DNA of 62,242 nucleotides, the filler included, from Choristocarpus tenellus KU-1152 (Eukaryota; Protista; Phaeophyceae), in NCBI GenBank assembly GCA_964200185.2. It is 12 parts of 12 records of this genome, joined end to end, with 100 filler letters (N's around TTAATTAATTAA, not from the genome) between each part and the next. Parts side by side here need not be neighbours in the genome. Positions count along the whole stretch, not along the records: positions 30,153 to 35,844 come from CAXNAD020009989.1; positions 35,945 to 42,592 come from CAXNAD020007669.1; positions 42,693 to 47,343 come from CAXNAD020013633.1; 9 more parts are not named here. One strand, given 5' to 3'. Positions 33,101 to 46,550 of the stretch are shown in pieces. Both the position numbers and the translations under genes were made by a program. The stretch's first letter is position 1. Every line of letters starts with the position of its first letter. A model generated the notes under the pieces. It did not search any database. It saw nothing but the letters and a program-made list of their open reading frames with translations, and had not been told where the DNA came from.

Positions 33101-33493
33101 GTCGAGAGTGAGCTTTTGTTAGCAACTTTGCTGCACGCTCATGGGGGAGTGTGCAATATAGGCTAGAGGTAGTCTATATAGTCTTATGTGTTTAGTGACC
33201 AACACTAAACAACCGAAGTATTGACTCAGTAGTTGAATTTGAACTTATGGGTGACTGACGTAGATTAGCTTGAACTTATAAGTGACTGACGTAGTTTAAC
33301 TTGAACTTAAGTGACTGACGTAGTGCAATTGTCACAAACATATTTCAAACATATTTCTGACGTGTTTGATGACGAATGCATTAGATAACAAGGGAGAGCA
33401 CCCCCCTACCTTGAGGGTAGTGCTCACTCCGCTAATAAACACATCCACACAGCATAATGAAAAGACTCTACTGGAAGAGTTCTCTTTTGCATA
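30153..33493 (+). mobile_element. Ty1/copia LTR retrotransposon, degenerate, integrase core deleted
   Basis: Gag zinc knuckles CERCGKHGHGKPAC and CTKCGGRAHDATTC; protease ILDSAAS; pre-integrase INLFHRS; RT (RYKARLVAHG, QAYLNADL, AIYGLKQS, YLDD); RNase H (GDSDW, RSVTGY, SSSEAEW, CDNRGAI, RTKHV); PPT GGGGGAG then 3' LTR. Several stops and frameshifts. Confidence 0.95.
33150..33493 (+). repeat. 3' LTR of the copia element
   Basis: Starts TGTGCAA directly after the PPT, ends TTGCATA, contains AATAAA and a 3x ~31-bp internal repeat; homologous to solo LTR 27233-27632. Confidence 0.85.
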
Positions 33494-35730
33494 GAACTCT
33501 ACCCTACAATCCCCGTCTCACTGTCAGATTATATTTACGTCCTACTACTTGTCATCCTTGGCCCTAGCACTGAATTTACGTCCTACCACTTTGGCTGTCT
33601 CAGGAATAGATGCAATCGAACAACCCCCCAATCGATTTAGCAAAGATAGAGGAAGCTCCTTCGAAGTGATAAGCAGGTAGAGTAGTCAATGGCTCCTACT
33701 CCGCACCACAACAAAGGGAATGTAAGCTCTTACCCACATTCCTTCCTCTATGTCCTCGAGTTAAGCACTGAACCCTCGACACAGGCCTTCGACAGTGACC
33801 GACCTATAACTCCTTTCTGATTCTGTACTCAAAATACTATGAATGGTGTGTTTTGGGTTCGGGAGCTACGTAACGATCACCCACCCACGAGTGTGGTGCG
33901 CTCCTTCAAGTAGGCGATAATTTGTCTAATCTGTCTCATTGGTGTCACAACATCATGCCAAAAATATTATGGATACTACTTTTAGATAACCTCGGTGGAA
34001 AGTGCTGTGGTCAACTAGCCCCAAACGAATGGCATTTTTCCTGGTGACCCGGGACCTAATTGCTTCATGCGATATGTGAATACTTAATGGCAGTATTACT
34101 GTTGCATGTTCCATGTGTCTCGATTTTCTGTAGAGTAGGTTCAGCCTTGTTAAGAATATGCTTTTATTCATGTGTAAAATATGATTCTGTGGGAGAAACA
34201 TTGAGTTGTTGAACTNNNNNNNAATGGGATAATTGATAGTAATGTTTTTGTCGGGTGACAACGGAAATATTGTCCGGGTTATTATAGTGCAACAAGAAGA
34301 ATCCTAGAAAAGGAATGTTGAAGCAAGTGTAACATAGCAAGCAATCATGGATTGAGGGACGTGTTATCAGAACATGAGACTCGTAAGGTGATGACCCCTT
34401 TGAGTACACCTTCCTTATTTCATGTACAACCGGTTCCACATAATGAGGAAATAATCGAGTTATTTACATACACAAGTCTTGGGAACACCAATTTCTTTAT
34501 CAAGCCTTATTCACAAACTTCACTCTTGTTGTCCATTGGTACTCTTGCTGTTTTTTGCTTTTTCCTTCGTTGCAATCGCCACCTTCAGATACAGAAGCAA
34601 GCAGCAGTTTGATCAGCCACATCTCAGGAGCTATATGTGCTTCGTCTGTGACCCACAGGTACCCCCGTCAAGAACGTGAGGCACAAGGAGAGAAAATAGA
34701 GACTTGATACCCGGGCTGAGTTCCTCAAGAGAGAGACAAAAGGAGGCCAGGACAAGTCAGACATATTTCCAGTCTTCGGGTGCAGCGAACAAGAAAACAC
34801 TGCCTATGGCAATAGGGAGGGGGGGAGGGGGGGGGGTTGTTACATATGGATGAGTGGGCCTAAGACCGTACTGGATTTGATTACATCGAGGAGAGAGGCT
34901 TTCTATGACAGTACCCAATATCTAGGTGACCGTGAGACATCATGTTTGTGTCTTGTTATTTCTTTGTGTTTATAGTGTTCTGGAGGGGGAGAGTGTTTCT
35001 ATGGCAGTACCCTGTTGTTTCAATGTAATTGTGGGCTTTGATGATACGTATTTTTTGTGCTTATAGTTCTGAAGGGGGAGTCTTTATATTACGGTGCCTT
35101 GTTCCAAAATTGTTGTAACTTTTGCATCTGACCCACAGCAAAATAGAGGACAATGTGGGTTAAACACCCCCCCCCCCCTTTTCTTCGTCATTATGATGCA
35201 AAATTGTTGGTCGTGCAAGTTTGTTCAGTCCTTCTTCCTGCATACCCCAATCAAAGCAACAAAGTGAGTACTCAAAGCGAGAGATCCAGTACCTTTGATG
35301 ATATAGTGAGGGGTCCTCTACGGGCGTCGTCAACACCATGCAAGCTGTGGATTGGAGCTAGATATCCCATCAACCTAACCTCGCAGAACGTTTTGTAACA
35401 GTACTGTATGCTTCTCTCATACACAGGGAGGGGGGTATGCCGTGGAAGGAAGAGGGAGGTGAGTTCCGCCAGCTAGTAGTCACGGTACTGTATCCAGAAG
35501 GACCAGGAAGACAGGGACAGCAGGGATGTGAGTACCTGGTTCCAACCATGGGGATCTGTGCCAGGATGGAAATAGGAAGGGGAGCACCATCAGCTACCAG
35601 CAACAGAGTGCACCAGCAGCACCAGGAGGAAACGGGCAGACAGGGGGCGTGTGGTCTGTGCCTGTTTGTCCAGAACAACGTTTCATACGGTGCATGTTGA
35701 AGAGTATAGCATGGTGGTGCGCCAAGTGAT

Positions 35731-35844
35731 GACTAAATATATATCGGGTGGGGGGGGGGGGGGGGGGGCAACACGACGGGGTCCATTTGGATCAAAAAAA
35801 GGGAAAGGGCATTTACAATTTCCACCCGGCAAAAAAAACCCACA
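35731..35844 (-). mobile_element. MITE family B, degenerate, truncated at a contig end
   Basis: G-run followed by GTCCATTTGGATCAAAA...GGAAAGGGCATTTACA. Confidence 0.6.
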
Positions 35845-36651
35845 NNNNNNNNNNNNNNNNNNNNNNNNNNNNNNNNNNNNNNNNNNNNTTAATTAATTAA
35901 NNNNNNNNNNNNNNNNNNNNNNNNNNNNNNNNNNNNNNNNNNNNTTGTATTCGTGAGTAGATGAAAAGATGGTGGGTGACTGGGTAAGAGTATCTGGTGG
36001 GGGGGATGGTTAGTGAGGGGGCGTCCATCCATAAAAGAATTTATAATCCACCTTGGGGGATTCAAAATACTTATCCTGTCCAGATATCCAATCGGCCTAT
36101 TTGCAACTACCAGTAACTGAGGAATGCAACGATAAAAAAGTGCATTCATCATAACACCAGATGGGAAATGTGAATTTCAAGGTTACTGTTTGGAGTACAA
36201 AATGCACCGTGGATCTTCCAACGCTTCAAAGTCTGAAATTTTAATCCTACCTCTGGGTTGTTGATATATTTAAATTATATTGTTTTGGCCTCTCCATCTT
36301 GGGCACACCATAAACAGTTGATCACTACGGTACTGTCAACCTGACAAACTGTGAAGGTTACGTTAAAGCCACCAGAGGCTCAATTTGACTCAAAGTAAAT
36401 CCATTATTTGGGACGTAATGTTAGCCCACAAGGATAGCAATATCACAAGCTTGTATTGAAGCTATTTTAGAGATGCATACCCCCCAGACGGTGAAAGGCT
36501 TACAATTTTCTTAGGTTCTTTACGAACTTTGTCAGAAGTACATTCCTCACCTCACAACAGCAACAGAGGACCATCCGTGGAGAAATGATTCGCATACACA
36601 AATGTGAAGTACAAAAAAAGATAACACCACCCTCCAAAGTAATTAAAAAGT

Positions 36652-36909
36652 GAGCCAAAGTAACTTAGAGGGTAGAGCCGTGTCCATTTGGGAACCAAAA
36701 TCCAATGTTGTCATTTTGATATAAAGTTGACTATCATGTTTGTTAGGAAATGTCAATATCTATGTGTTGGACACACCGGTTCATAACATACATACTGTAC
36801 CTACTCCTAAACATTTTGGACTAGGAAAATGTCAAAAAGAACCAATGGGAAGCCAAGCCCAAAATGGACAAACAGGGCAAAACTCGTACCCTCTAAGATA
36901 CTTTCACTC
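36652..36909 (+). mobile_element. MITE family A
   Basis: Both TIRs; 3-bp TSD AGT. Confidence 0.9.
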
Positions 36910-37170
36910 AGTATTAGAAGTGGTAATTCATCTGGATGGAATCAACCACACAGCAAACTGCTTTTGACAAGTGCAAACGAGTTTTAACCGTGACTCTAAT
37001 TCTACACTTTCCTGATTTTTTGAATATTGTTTTACAAATGTAGAAGCGAGTAATATGGGGCCAAGGGCGTTTTTGGCCCATAAAAATATGGCGTTCTTGA
37101 TATGATCTCGTACCATATAGTGCCCTACCTTCCCCCTCCTAGAGAAATTATATTCTGCCCCACAAAAAGA

Positions 37171-37346
37171 GACCCAAAGTATCTGTGGGGGGGAGGGGAT
37201 ACACCAGGGTGTCCATTTGGACCAAAATCAGGAAAGGTGCATTTTCATTATCCATCGGACGTATGCAACCAAATCAACCAAAAATCGGGACATGAAAAAA
37301 TTGACCCCAAATGGACAGCCGCCAACCTCCCCAGATACTTTGAGCC
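37171..37346 (-). mobile_element. MITE family B, full copy
   Basis: GACCCAAAGTATCT ... AGATACTTTGAGCC; 3-bp TSD AGA. Confidence 0.9.
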
Positions 37347-38222
37347 AGAGTGCCTTGCAGTTATTTTGGCAATTCAATAGTGGAGACCATACATTTTTTG
37401 GTAAATATTTCAAAGTTATTATTGAGAGCTCAGCCTTACGGTGACTGTATACTATGCAAGACACGTCCAATCTCTAAACTCTATGGGTCCTAGCTCTGCA
37501 AAGTTTTGATATTACCATTCTTCGTAAACCTGGCACATTACATTACATCCCAGATAGGCTGTCACGTCCGCAACTGGAAGAAGTTCTCTAACATGAATCG
37601 AAACTAGCACCCCTAACCCCTACATGTCGAAACGTGGGAGCAGAAACCACTACTGCAATTTCTCAAAAAAGTAACGTATATCCAGTCTATGAATTGTGTG
37701 TGGATCAACTAGGTGAAACCACTAGGGTAGCAAATGACTGTGAGCTCTTTGTATCAATGTTTGCCCAGTAAATGACAACGAAGTTCTAGTCAAGGTCCAA
37801 CAAGGTTTGTTTGTAGTATATTTTAATACCTGCTAGACCCTAGTATTTCCACATTTTACCCATTAAGGAAACGGCCTACACAATGCTATATTTTTCACAC
37901 AAGAGAGAGAGAGAGAGAGTAAACTCTCACTATATCGATCTTACCTACCTGGTCATCTTCGTAGTAAGAGTGGAGAATTTCCTTGTCAGATATTGTCCCA
38001 AACAGCAGTCCGGGGTTCAATTTTAGATGCCCTATATGACCATAAGGTTCCAGGTCATCTTACTTTCAAACACAGATTTGATCGCGTAAGGGACATATAT
38101 TTGGCGGCCGACCTTACATAAAGATGTTAAGAAGTAGATGTGAACCTTGCCAGTCATGTCAGAGACGGAAGACCACCCATACTCCTACCTCACTCACTAC
38201 CTACAGGACATATGCCTGTTAC

Positions 38223-39085
38223 TGTTACAGCATGCCCCTCCGAACTCACATCCACAGGATGTACGAGCCAACGTATCTTAGAGGGTAGAGCCACATCAAT
38301 TTGGGGGCCAAAATCCAATGTTGCGATTTTGATGTAATTTTGGCTGTCTTGTTTGTTAGGGAGTGCCAATATCCTTGTTCCAGACACACCTTTTCATTGT
38401 GTACATATTTTATCTACTAAGAAAATTTTTGGAGTAGGAAAATGTAAAAAAACAAACATGGGAAGCCAAGCCCTAAACGCATAAACAGGGCAAAAACCGT
38501 ACCCTCTAAGATACTTTCACTCGTACAACTCAAATCCAACGACCTTAAAATGACGCTATAGGAACGTTGCCCTTGATAACAGTTTGTAGGGTGTCAGGTG
38601 CCGTTCTCTTCTTGATATTCCATTCAGTGCTTAGCTCAAAGCTCGACTCAAAGTTTCGTTCAAGATAAAAAGGCAAGGACTGGAGGTAAAAAGGGGTGAT
38701 CGTTCGACCACAAGTACTCTTATTATATTCATCATCCTCCCAATTTCTTTGGTCTTCTATGCAACTGCTCTACACGTACTCCAATCATAAACGTTTATTC
38801 TGCAACTTCTTAGGGACTTTGACAGATGTTACGTATGCATTCCGAATCTTACTCTGTATCTTCTATGAAATCATCACCTATTCTGTTAGGCTACCTATGT
38901 GTTACTAATATCGTATATTGTTCGCACTTATCAGAACGCGAGAAACAATACTCGCACTATATGTCTGTCACAATTGTTCGTGTTTGCTAAAACATGGGAA
39001 GAAATGCTCGCTCTATTTGCGTGTAACAAATGCTCGCACTTCGTTGGAACACAAAAAGAAATGCTCGCGCTATTCGCCTGTAACA
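38223..39085 (-). repeat. Complete LTR (~600 bp without the MITE) of the gypsy-like family, minus orientation
   Basis: On minus it starts TGTTACAGGCG and ends GCTGTAACA. Its 5' part matches 60194-60500, which follows a G-rich PPT-like tract. Its 3' part matches 39086-39259, which precedes a PBS. Confidence 0.75.
38265..38522 (+). mobile_element. MITE family A inserted in an LTR
   Basis: 4-bp TSD GTAC; the paralogous empty site CCACAGAATGTACAACTCAAATCC at ~61110-61133 has a single GTAC. Confidence 0.92.
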
Positions 39086-42000
39086 CGAAACTTTGAGTCG
39101 AGCTTCGAGCTAGGCACTGAGTGGAATATCTAGAAGAGAAGGACACCTGACACCCTACAAACTGTTACCAAGGTCAACGTCCCCATAGCGTCGTTTTAAG
39201 GTCGTTGGATTTGAGTTACACATCCTGTGGAGGTGAGTTCTGAGGGGAATGCTGTAACATGGAGGTCCTACCGCCTCTCTTCAAACTGGAGAGAATACTC
39301 CATATTCACCTCAACACTTAGGATTCTTTGTAGCTTCCTACGCCCGCCTGGATTCTTTTCTTTTCCCACTTGAGTTTGTGGTCTTCATTCGTTGTCTACA
39401 GGATTTCCTTCTTGGGCTCATCGTCTTCATGGGTGTGAGGACTTCTTTGGCTCCAAGGGAATCATCCTTCTATAGCTGTAAAACGAGTGGCCGCTGATCG
39501 CCGCATCATTCTCCTATAGTAATAAAATGAGTGGTCTTTGATCACCATGGTCGAGACGTTGCCTAGGTAGTCAATTGTTCTGCATTCCTTTAGTCACACA
39601 TTTCTTTCTCTTTGGGTTACCACCTTGCCTTTTATCTCCCAGGTTCGCAGTCATGTCTGACTCACAGTATTCGTGAGGAGGCGAGGTCACCTCCGACCTA
39701 CAGATTCTCCAAGGAATCGATGATTCCGAGAGATTCCAGCCCAGTATCAATCCTCAAGGCAATTCTGGTCGCAGCCATGTCCACACTGCTGAACGTCAAG
39801 GCAGGGGCAGAGAGCATGTTCGTTTTCGAGTCTTCCACTCGTGGCTGATCTCGCTCCAGGTCGAGATCCCAGGATAGGCGCTTTCATCGACACAGACGGA
39901 GGACCAGAGAAGAGTGCAGAGGCCGCACCCGTCCACCTCAATGTCACCATCGGACCAGTGATTATTATTCTGCACATAGGTCTGTATCTCACCCAGCCAG
40001 ACCATCTCGGAGGAATAGCCTGAGTACGGTACGTCGTTCCAGAGAGGTTGAGGTGCAGTTGCAAGGAGAAATTCATGAGTTGCGTACACGAGCTGAGTCG
40101 AATGTGTAACAATCCGGTAGGCAGCAGCGAGACAAAGCCTCTCGCAACCTCGACATGCGTTATCATCAAGATTGTGTTAAAACCATGGAACGCATTTACA
40201 AGAAACTCGGAGACCCTGCCAACGGTTCCGTCTTTTCTTGGAGTACCTGCAGATAACTCCACCCCAACCATGTCAAACAATCCCGTTTTTTTCGCTGACG
40301 CTCTTACCAAGCCTTTAGGAAGGGTTCAAAGAGGATCGTGGGCTTACACAAAGACCATGCCCACTATTGTAATTCATCAAGTCCACATCGTGATGCCCTT
40401 ACCCTTTTCCGCATCGAGCTTCTTGAGCAACTACTGTCTGACTCTCTTAGGATCCACAGTGATCTCCTAAGCGACTCATCTACAGTGGAAGTCCCGAACA
40501 TCACGGGACAACTCCTTCGGGTTCCTCAGGAAGACATGGCAGCGACTGAGTGGGTTCGTATCTTGGTGAGAGAATGCACTATTTCTTATAGTCAGTCGAA
40601 AAACGCCGTAAAGAATGCAATGAGTTCTTTAAGGACCGAGAGGGGGGACTCTTGGAAAGCTGCAGCCAACCGTCTTGTCTTGTACTATCGAGCGCACACC
40701 ATACATTCGTGGATGCCTCGTATTTGTGAGACAACTTTCTTTGGAGGTATATAGCTGAAGACCAACTCACTGATCTATGCGAACGAACCCTTCCTATTCT
40801 TCTTCCCAATGTTCTAGATCAGATTGGAGTACAGTCGATGGCATTTTCATTTCGAAAGGAGATTCGGAGTCAAATTTGCCCACTGGCAAATTCTAATCCT
40901 TTAGGAGATGAAATGGTACAAGGGGGAATTAAAGCAGAACGGATCTTTGACGATCTAATCGAAGAATTGTCCAATCGTCGCGACCAGTACGCATTTGTCC
41001 CAACCAATCAAATGCTTCAAAATCTGCGTCATGCAAAGATAAGACACCTACTGTTTTAGGTAGCATGGCTAATGCTCGTGCTCTGTTTGCAAGCATGTCT
41101 GACCCTTTGTCTGCCCCAGTTGAACCCCCAAAAGGCAAACAGGAACTAGGACTGCCCCAACATAGCAGGACATCCTTGTCACTATAGGTGCCAAGTTAGA
41201 GGCCACCACCACACCAAGAGGTGATCAACAGTGTGTTGGCGGCCCTTCCACCGATGCTCCAACCTGTTTTTTCCCAAACGCCCTGCCCACAGTCTGCGCT
41301 GTGTTGACAAACCAACCTGCTTCTGGTCCTGGGAAACATGGGACCACGTTCGTTTCTGAGAGCAAATGCATCCGCACCCGTTCGACCTGCAACACCTGCC
41401 ACCCAGTCTGTGCCCCGATCCACGTCTTCTTTAGCAACAGACAGAGCAAGTGATGCTGCAGGTCCACATCATTCGGGCAAGAATTTACCTCCACCATCTG
41501 CTTCCCAAGATGAGGTTGTCGAGTGGCTCAAGGCACATCGAGTTTGCTTCCACCACGCTTTCGGTCGTGACTGCTTCAAGTCTATCGGCCACAGGTGCAG
41601 GTATATACCCACGACGACTCCGTAGTACCTAAGGGTTACTTCGCATATCTTTCCCAAGACAAGCAAAGTACTACTCCAACGAATGAGTCGCATACGATGG
41701 TAGCCTTGACAGACTCCCATTTGCATTACCTTGCTGCGATGCAGGACTTTGAGCTTCTTTGGTAATTTGCAAGTAGCCCAACCGATTCAGAAGCTCCTGA
41801 GTTGCCCTGAAGGTGTGCCCTGGAGTCTTCAGCTCCAGGGAACTTAGCCACTGTAGCCATAAGAAGCATGACCCCCACACCCACCTCGACAATATCCACT
41901 ATGTCAACTGCCCAACAAACTAGTCAAGCATGGCTGTCTACGCTGCTATGGCACCCTCGCAAAGTCCGCTCGAGAATGCCTGTACAGATACTCCTTGGCA

Positions 42001-42467
42001 CAGGTGCAGGAGGTGGGAACTACATCTCATCTGCTTTTTGGCGCAGTATTACTCTCTGGGAGGGTAGCACCGGCCTGCCGCACTTTAATCAAGCAGGTAA
42101 AGGTACGTTGCACGAGGCAAATCCGAAAGGATGCAGTATTCCACCCATGCAGGTACTAGGATCCTGCATTCTGCCAATAATTGTTTCCCCCAGAGGATAG
42201 AGTCCGCGATGTAACATTCAGAGTAGTGGAAGGCTTACCTTACGGGATGGTTCTGGGAGCAGCTTTCTGTAGGCAGCACAAGAGCATACTGTCATTTAGA
42301 GAGGGGGAAGGCTTTCGACCAGCTCCAAACTCACCTTGAATACCTTTTGTTCGAGATGTGATACCCAGATCTAGTGATAATAACAATGCACCCCTGTCAG
42401 CCCTAGGAGAGTGACAAGCATCAATGACACCCACAACCCGGCCATCCAAGTACCACAGACTACCTCG
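39086..42467 (+). mobile_element. Ty3/gypsy-like LTR retrotransposon, 5' part (partial LTR, PBS, gag, protease), degenerate
   Basis: LTR end TGTAACA at 39259, then PBS TGGAGGTCCTACCG (near-complement of a tRNA-Gln 3' end); broken gag-like ORFs with CFHHAFGRDC..C; protease-like VQILL(G)TGAGGGNYIS and FRVVEGLPYGMVLGAAF. Confidence 0.72.
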
Positions 42468-42592
42468 GAGTGAAGGTATCTTAGAGAGTACGAGTTAAGC
42501 CCTGTTGGTCCATTTGGGGCTTGGCTTCCCACGGGGTTTTTTATGACATTTTCCTACTCCAAAATATTTCGGAGGAGGTAGAATGTAAACGT
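42468..42592 (-). mobile_element. MITE family A, truncated by a contig end
   Basis: GAGTGAAGGTATCTTAGAGAGTACGAG...GTCCATTTGGGGCTTGGCTTCCC. Confidence 0.85.
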
Positions 42593-44269
42593 NNNNNNNN
42601 NNNNNNNNNNNNNNNNNNNNNNNNNNNNNNNNNNNNTTAATTAATTAANNNNNNNNNNNNNNNNNNNNNNNNNNNNNNNNNNNNNNNNNNNNAGTTGCTC
42701 TGGTGTATGGAAGATGTGTTGTGTGATCTTCAAGACAGGGTGGGTCGATGGTGACCTCCTCCTGTTTGGTCCTCCGATTTCCGATCATCATTGCAACTTC
42801 CAACTTGCAGCAGGATCTCTTGCGATCTATTGTATCTCTTCAATTTCTTCCAGTTTACTACTACACTTCCATGTATACATCTGTTTCGACGTCATCCATG
42901 ATGTCATTAGATCTTTGAACTACCTTGGATTGATGATCGACATATATCAGAACTTTTGGAGTGTAGGCTAAAACCACCATACGATATTTTGATACCATAT
43001 TATCGGTATCGTATCGACGTATCGAATTATCATCACAATCTCCACTTGCCTTTTACGTTCTTAGGACGTACGATATGGACTACTCCATTCTCACGACATG
43101 CTTCCTTCTTGATCTCAAAGTAGAGTGGGTGAGGTGTCCAAGGGATGACCGTCCCTCGTGGATGCGCTGACGAGCGAATATGGTGGTCAACAGGATGAGC
43201 TTCTATATATCCGCATCCCACAACAACAACAACAATGACAAGGAACACCGACTTTGGGATCACAGTGTCAAGAGAAATCCACAGAAGGAGGATGACTCGC
43301 CTCCGCATCCAGCCAGTCTAGAGCTCTACTGCTTGATTGAATCTGAAACGAAAGTAGTTCGAGCTCCATGATTTACCACAGGAGATGTCAACAACTCTAT
43401 CCACGACTTCTGTTGTGCACGGTAGCTACCACATAATCACAAGTAGGTACATGCTCCAGAAGGTAGTGGTGATGCTGGTGCCAATTTTATTGTCCTCCTG
43501 CGATTTTGATAGCCTTGCTGTTCTTGTGGACGGATTGAGGGTTTTACTTATGATGTATGGTGGTAACCTTTGGTTCCTCTTTCCTTCTTCATTTACTCTT
43601 TGTTATTAGCAAATAGCCCAAGTATTTCTTACCGCGCTTGAACTAGCACGAGCAGTGTACGTGCGTGTGGAACCACAAAGGGGGAACACTGATCTGCTAA
43701 GGGTTGCAGAGTAAGATCAGAAACTTGGGAATGTATGCAACGGTTCTCAGATGTATTTCAATGTCTGTAAACGGAAATAAAAATGAAACTATATGAATTA
43801 CAGCAATATGTAATCAAAAGCATTTGGGATTATGGTTCATATCTTAGCGGGATATTTATGGAGAATCAATTCTGGGATTTGATGTCTACATGTTCGGGAC
43901 GTCATTCTATATATTGATGGAGTTTTCTAGAAAGGTTGGAAGTGTTCAGAGTTATTAATTAGAAGTAACAGTTACTAAACCACGTACCCCACCATCTAAA
44001 ATTTGATCACTCTCCTCTTACTAACTATGCGATTACGTTTAGCTAAGAACACCCGATTTCAAAATTGAGGATGGTGCTTTTTGTTGAGGATGGGCTTGAC
44101 CGAAAATTGACTGGGATAAAGTGTCCATATATATATTTTTGTATTGTCCTTCAAAAAAAAACATATATCCACACTTTATCCCAGTCAATTTTGAGTCAAG
44201 CCCATCCTCAATTTTTGAAATAGGCTGTTTAAGGGGGATCGTGTGAGGCTTCCCATATATTCTCTCTTC

Positions 44270-46550
44270 CGTAATCACACATATAGCAGACCAAATCTGT
44301 ATATAATCCTTACGAAGTGGTTACGTGAACATGTGCCTACCTAAGGAACATCACTTCTTTCCCCGACCAACACAATTTAACATACGCAGCCTCAGCAGTA
44401 GACAGTGTAACTGTTTTCAGCTTTCTTGTCCACAAGTCGACACATCCTTCCCCAAACACCACAACACCACCAGAAACAAACAATCTATTCTGCTTGCAGT
44501 TAGCATAATCAGCATCTGTATACCCAATTAACTGCTGGTCCTTCGGCCCATTCCCGTATAATTCAAAGTATCTAACCGCAATATCCTCATCAGAACCTAA
44601 CAGGTAGCCCATAGGTTCACCCTTTCAGCATTCACCCAATCACACCAACTTGAACTCTCCATACAAAACTTCAGCTCTCAAACTGCAAAAGACAGGTCAG
44701 GCCTAATCATTAGTACCACGAACTATATCAAACCAACCATCGATCTGTAGCCGTCTGGAACAGGCCCCTCCTGCTAGAACTTTAGTAACTGCCCCGCCGA
44801 AGTTAATCACTGATAAGAGGGATCACAACCCCCAGCCAAAACCTCAACAAGTCAAACAGCTTGCGATCCGCGGGATTAGCTGTTGTTAGAACTGTAGTAA
44901 TCCCCTGCACTACCGAGGAGATAGTCGCTGACTACTTTCACAGTAGCACAGGGGTTTACCAAACGCTCGAACACCTCCTGCTCCACTCTCTTGATCACTG
45001 ATGGTAGTCCAGAAGTTGTGCCAATCCCTTAATTCCCTGACAGATCCCCAATATAAGCTCTCGTCCACCACAAGTGTCACAGGCTTCCTGTTCCTCCTGA
45101 TCCCACTGGACATGAACTTGGTCACCTCACCCATATAATCACGAATGGGAACTTCTTGTTCAATCCCTTGATGATATGAACAGCTTAACCTGCTCCTCGT
45201 TCCTCAGCCACCAACATGTCATCCACTCAAAATACATCTGGCTCAGCCTGTTCCAGTCTCAGCCCAAACAAATCATCTACCAGCAGAAATTTCAAGTTCT
45301 GAGACGTTTCGGACTGTTCCTTATGTAGGGACCTCTTCAGCAATACCACTGCTCCACCCAACTTTGCCATCCAGCACACCTAGCCCCGCCTAGGACCTCA
45401 ACACTCTCCCTCTACCATCCGTCTGGTTCGGTAGAAATCCTGTGCCTAATTAATGGGTAAGTCAACTGGATCTTTGCCCATCTGCTGTGTATGCCCATTT
45501 CCTCTACCACTACCTCATTCCTCAGGTATTATTCCTTTCACTCCATTGCATTGCTCATAGTGTTGGGTTCGGATGGTAGTATTCTCGATTTCCACCAACA
45601 AGCAGACCAACCAGTCTCTTCTCATACGGCAGGTGTCGCTCGGATGGTGCACCTAGATTAAATGGAGGATCACTGTTGTTGTCTGCAACTCTCAGCATCA
45701 ATGTATTCCTCCCCTCCCCTGCTGTGACGTCTGAAGCACATCACCAATCCTTGTATCCAATACACAATCTGACCCCACTGACTCCCGTTCCAACTACCGC
45801 TCACAGTCTTTTTCCTCAGGACTTCAAACAAACTTCATTGTGTCATCTCCACCTGACTCCTCCAATGGTCTGCCTGGTGCAGGTGGACGGATAATGTTGC
45901 ACTTCCCACCAGAATCTTGCCCAAATGCATCTACAATTCTCCCACCCAGAGGCCCAAAATATCTGTGTGTGTGTGTGGGGGTCTACACCAGGGTGTCCAT
46001 TTGGGTCAAAAATTAGGAAACGTGCATTTACATTATCCAACCAACGTATGCAACCAAATCACCCAAAACTCGCGACATAAAAAAATTGACCCCAAATGGA
46101 CAGCCGCCACCACCCCCTCAGATACTTTGAGTCTGACCAGGTTGCACTTCCTCAGACATCAAACCCCTTCACCCTATGGCTATGTATGGGGACTTCCAAC
46201 TACTGTTATGCAAAGATAATATTTACTCTTTACACACACAAACCTAACACCACCATTCACCAAAGACCAATTTTTGCCCCTTGTCCGGATCCTTAAAATG
46301 CAATCCTGCCTACTTCTCACTTGTTTCGACTCAATAATGATACGATGTGCCATTAATACAAACAATAACTAAAGCGTACCAAGCCTATATATCGTGCACC
46401 ACAAAAAGAAATGATCTTTACCGAGGGCACGTCAACCTGGCCGTCAACAAAAACAAGACACTCTTCATAGCCTCCAAACTCTTGCATGGTATTGGCGATT
46501 CACAACTCGTGCCAAGATGAAGAACACGATCATAATCGAGACAAGGGTAG
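44270..46550 (-). mobile_element. Highly decayed Ty1/copia remnant (RT/RNase H)
   Basis: LIGYTDADYANCKQNRLFVSGGVV...TVTLSTAEAAYV (RNase H) and upstream YRSMVG...IRPDLSFAV; extent beyond ~45600 is uncertain. Confidence 0.75.
45951..46133 (-). mobile_element. MITE family B, full copy
   Basis: Both ends present; the G-run is converted to (GT)n; TSD AGA/TGA (one mismatch). Confidence 0.85.
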
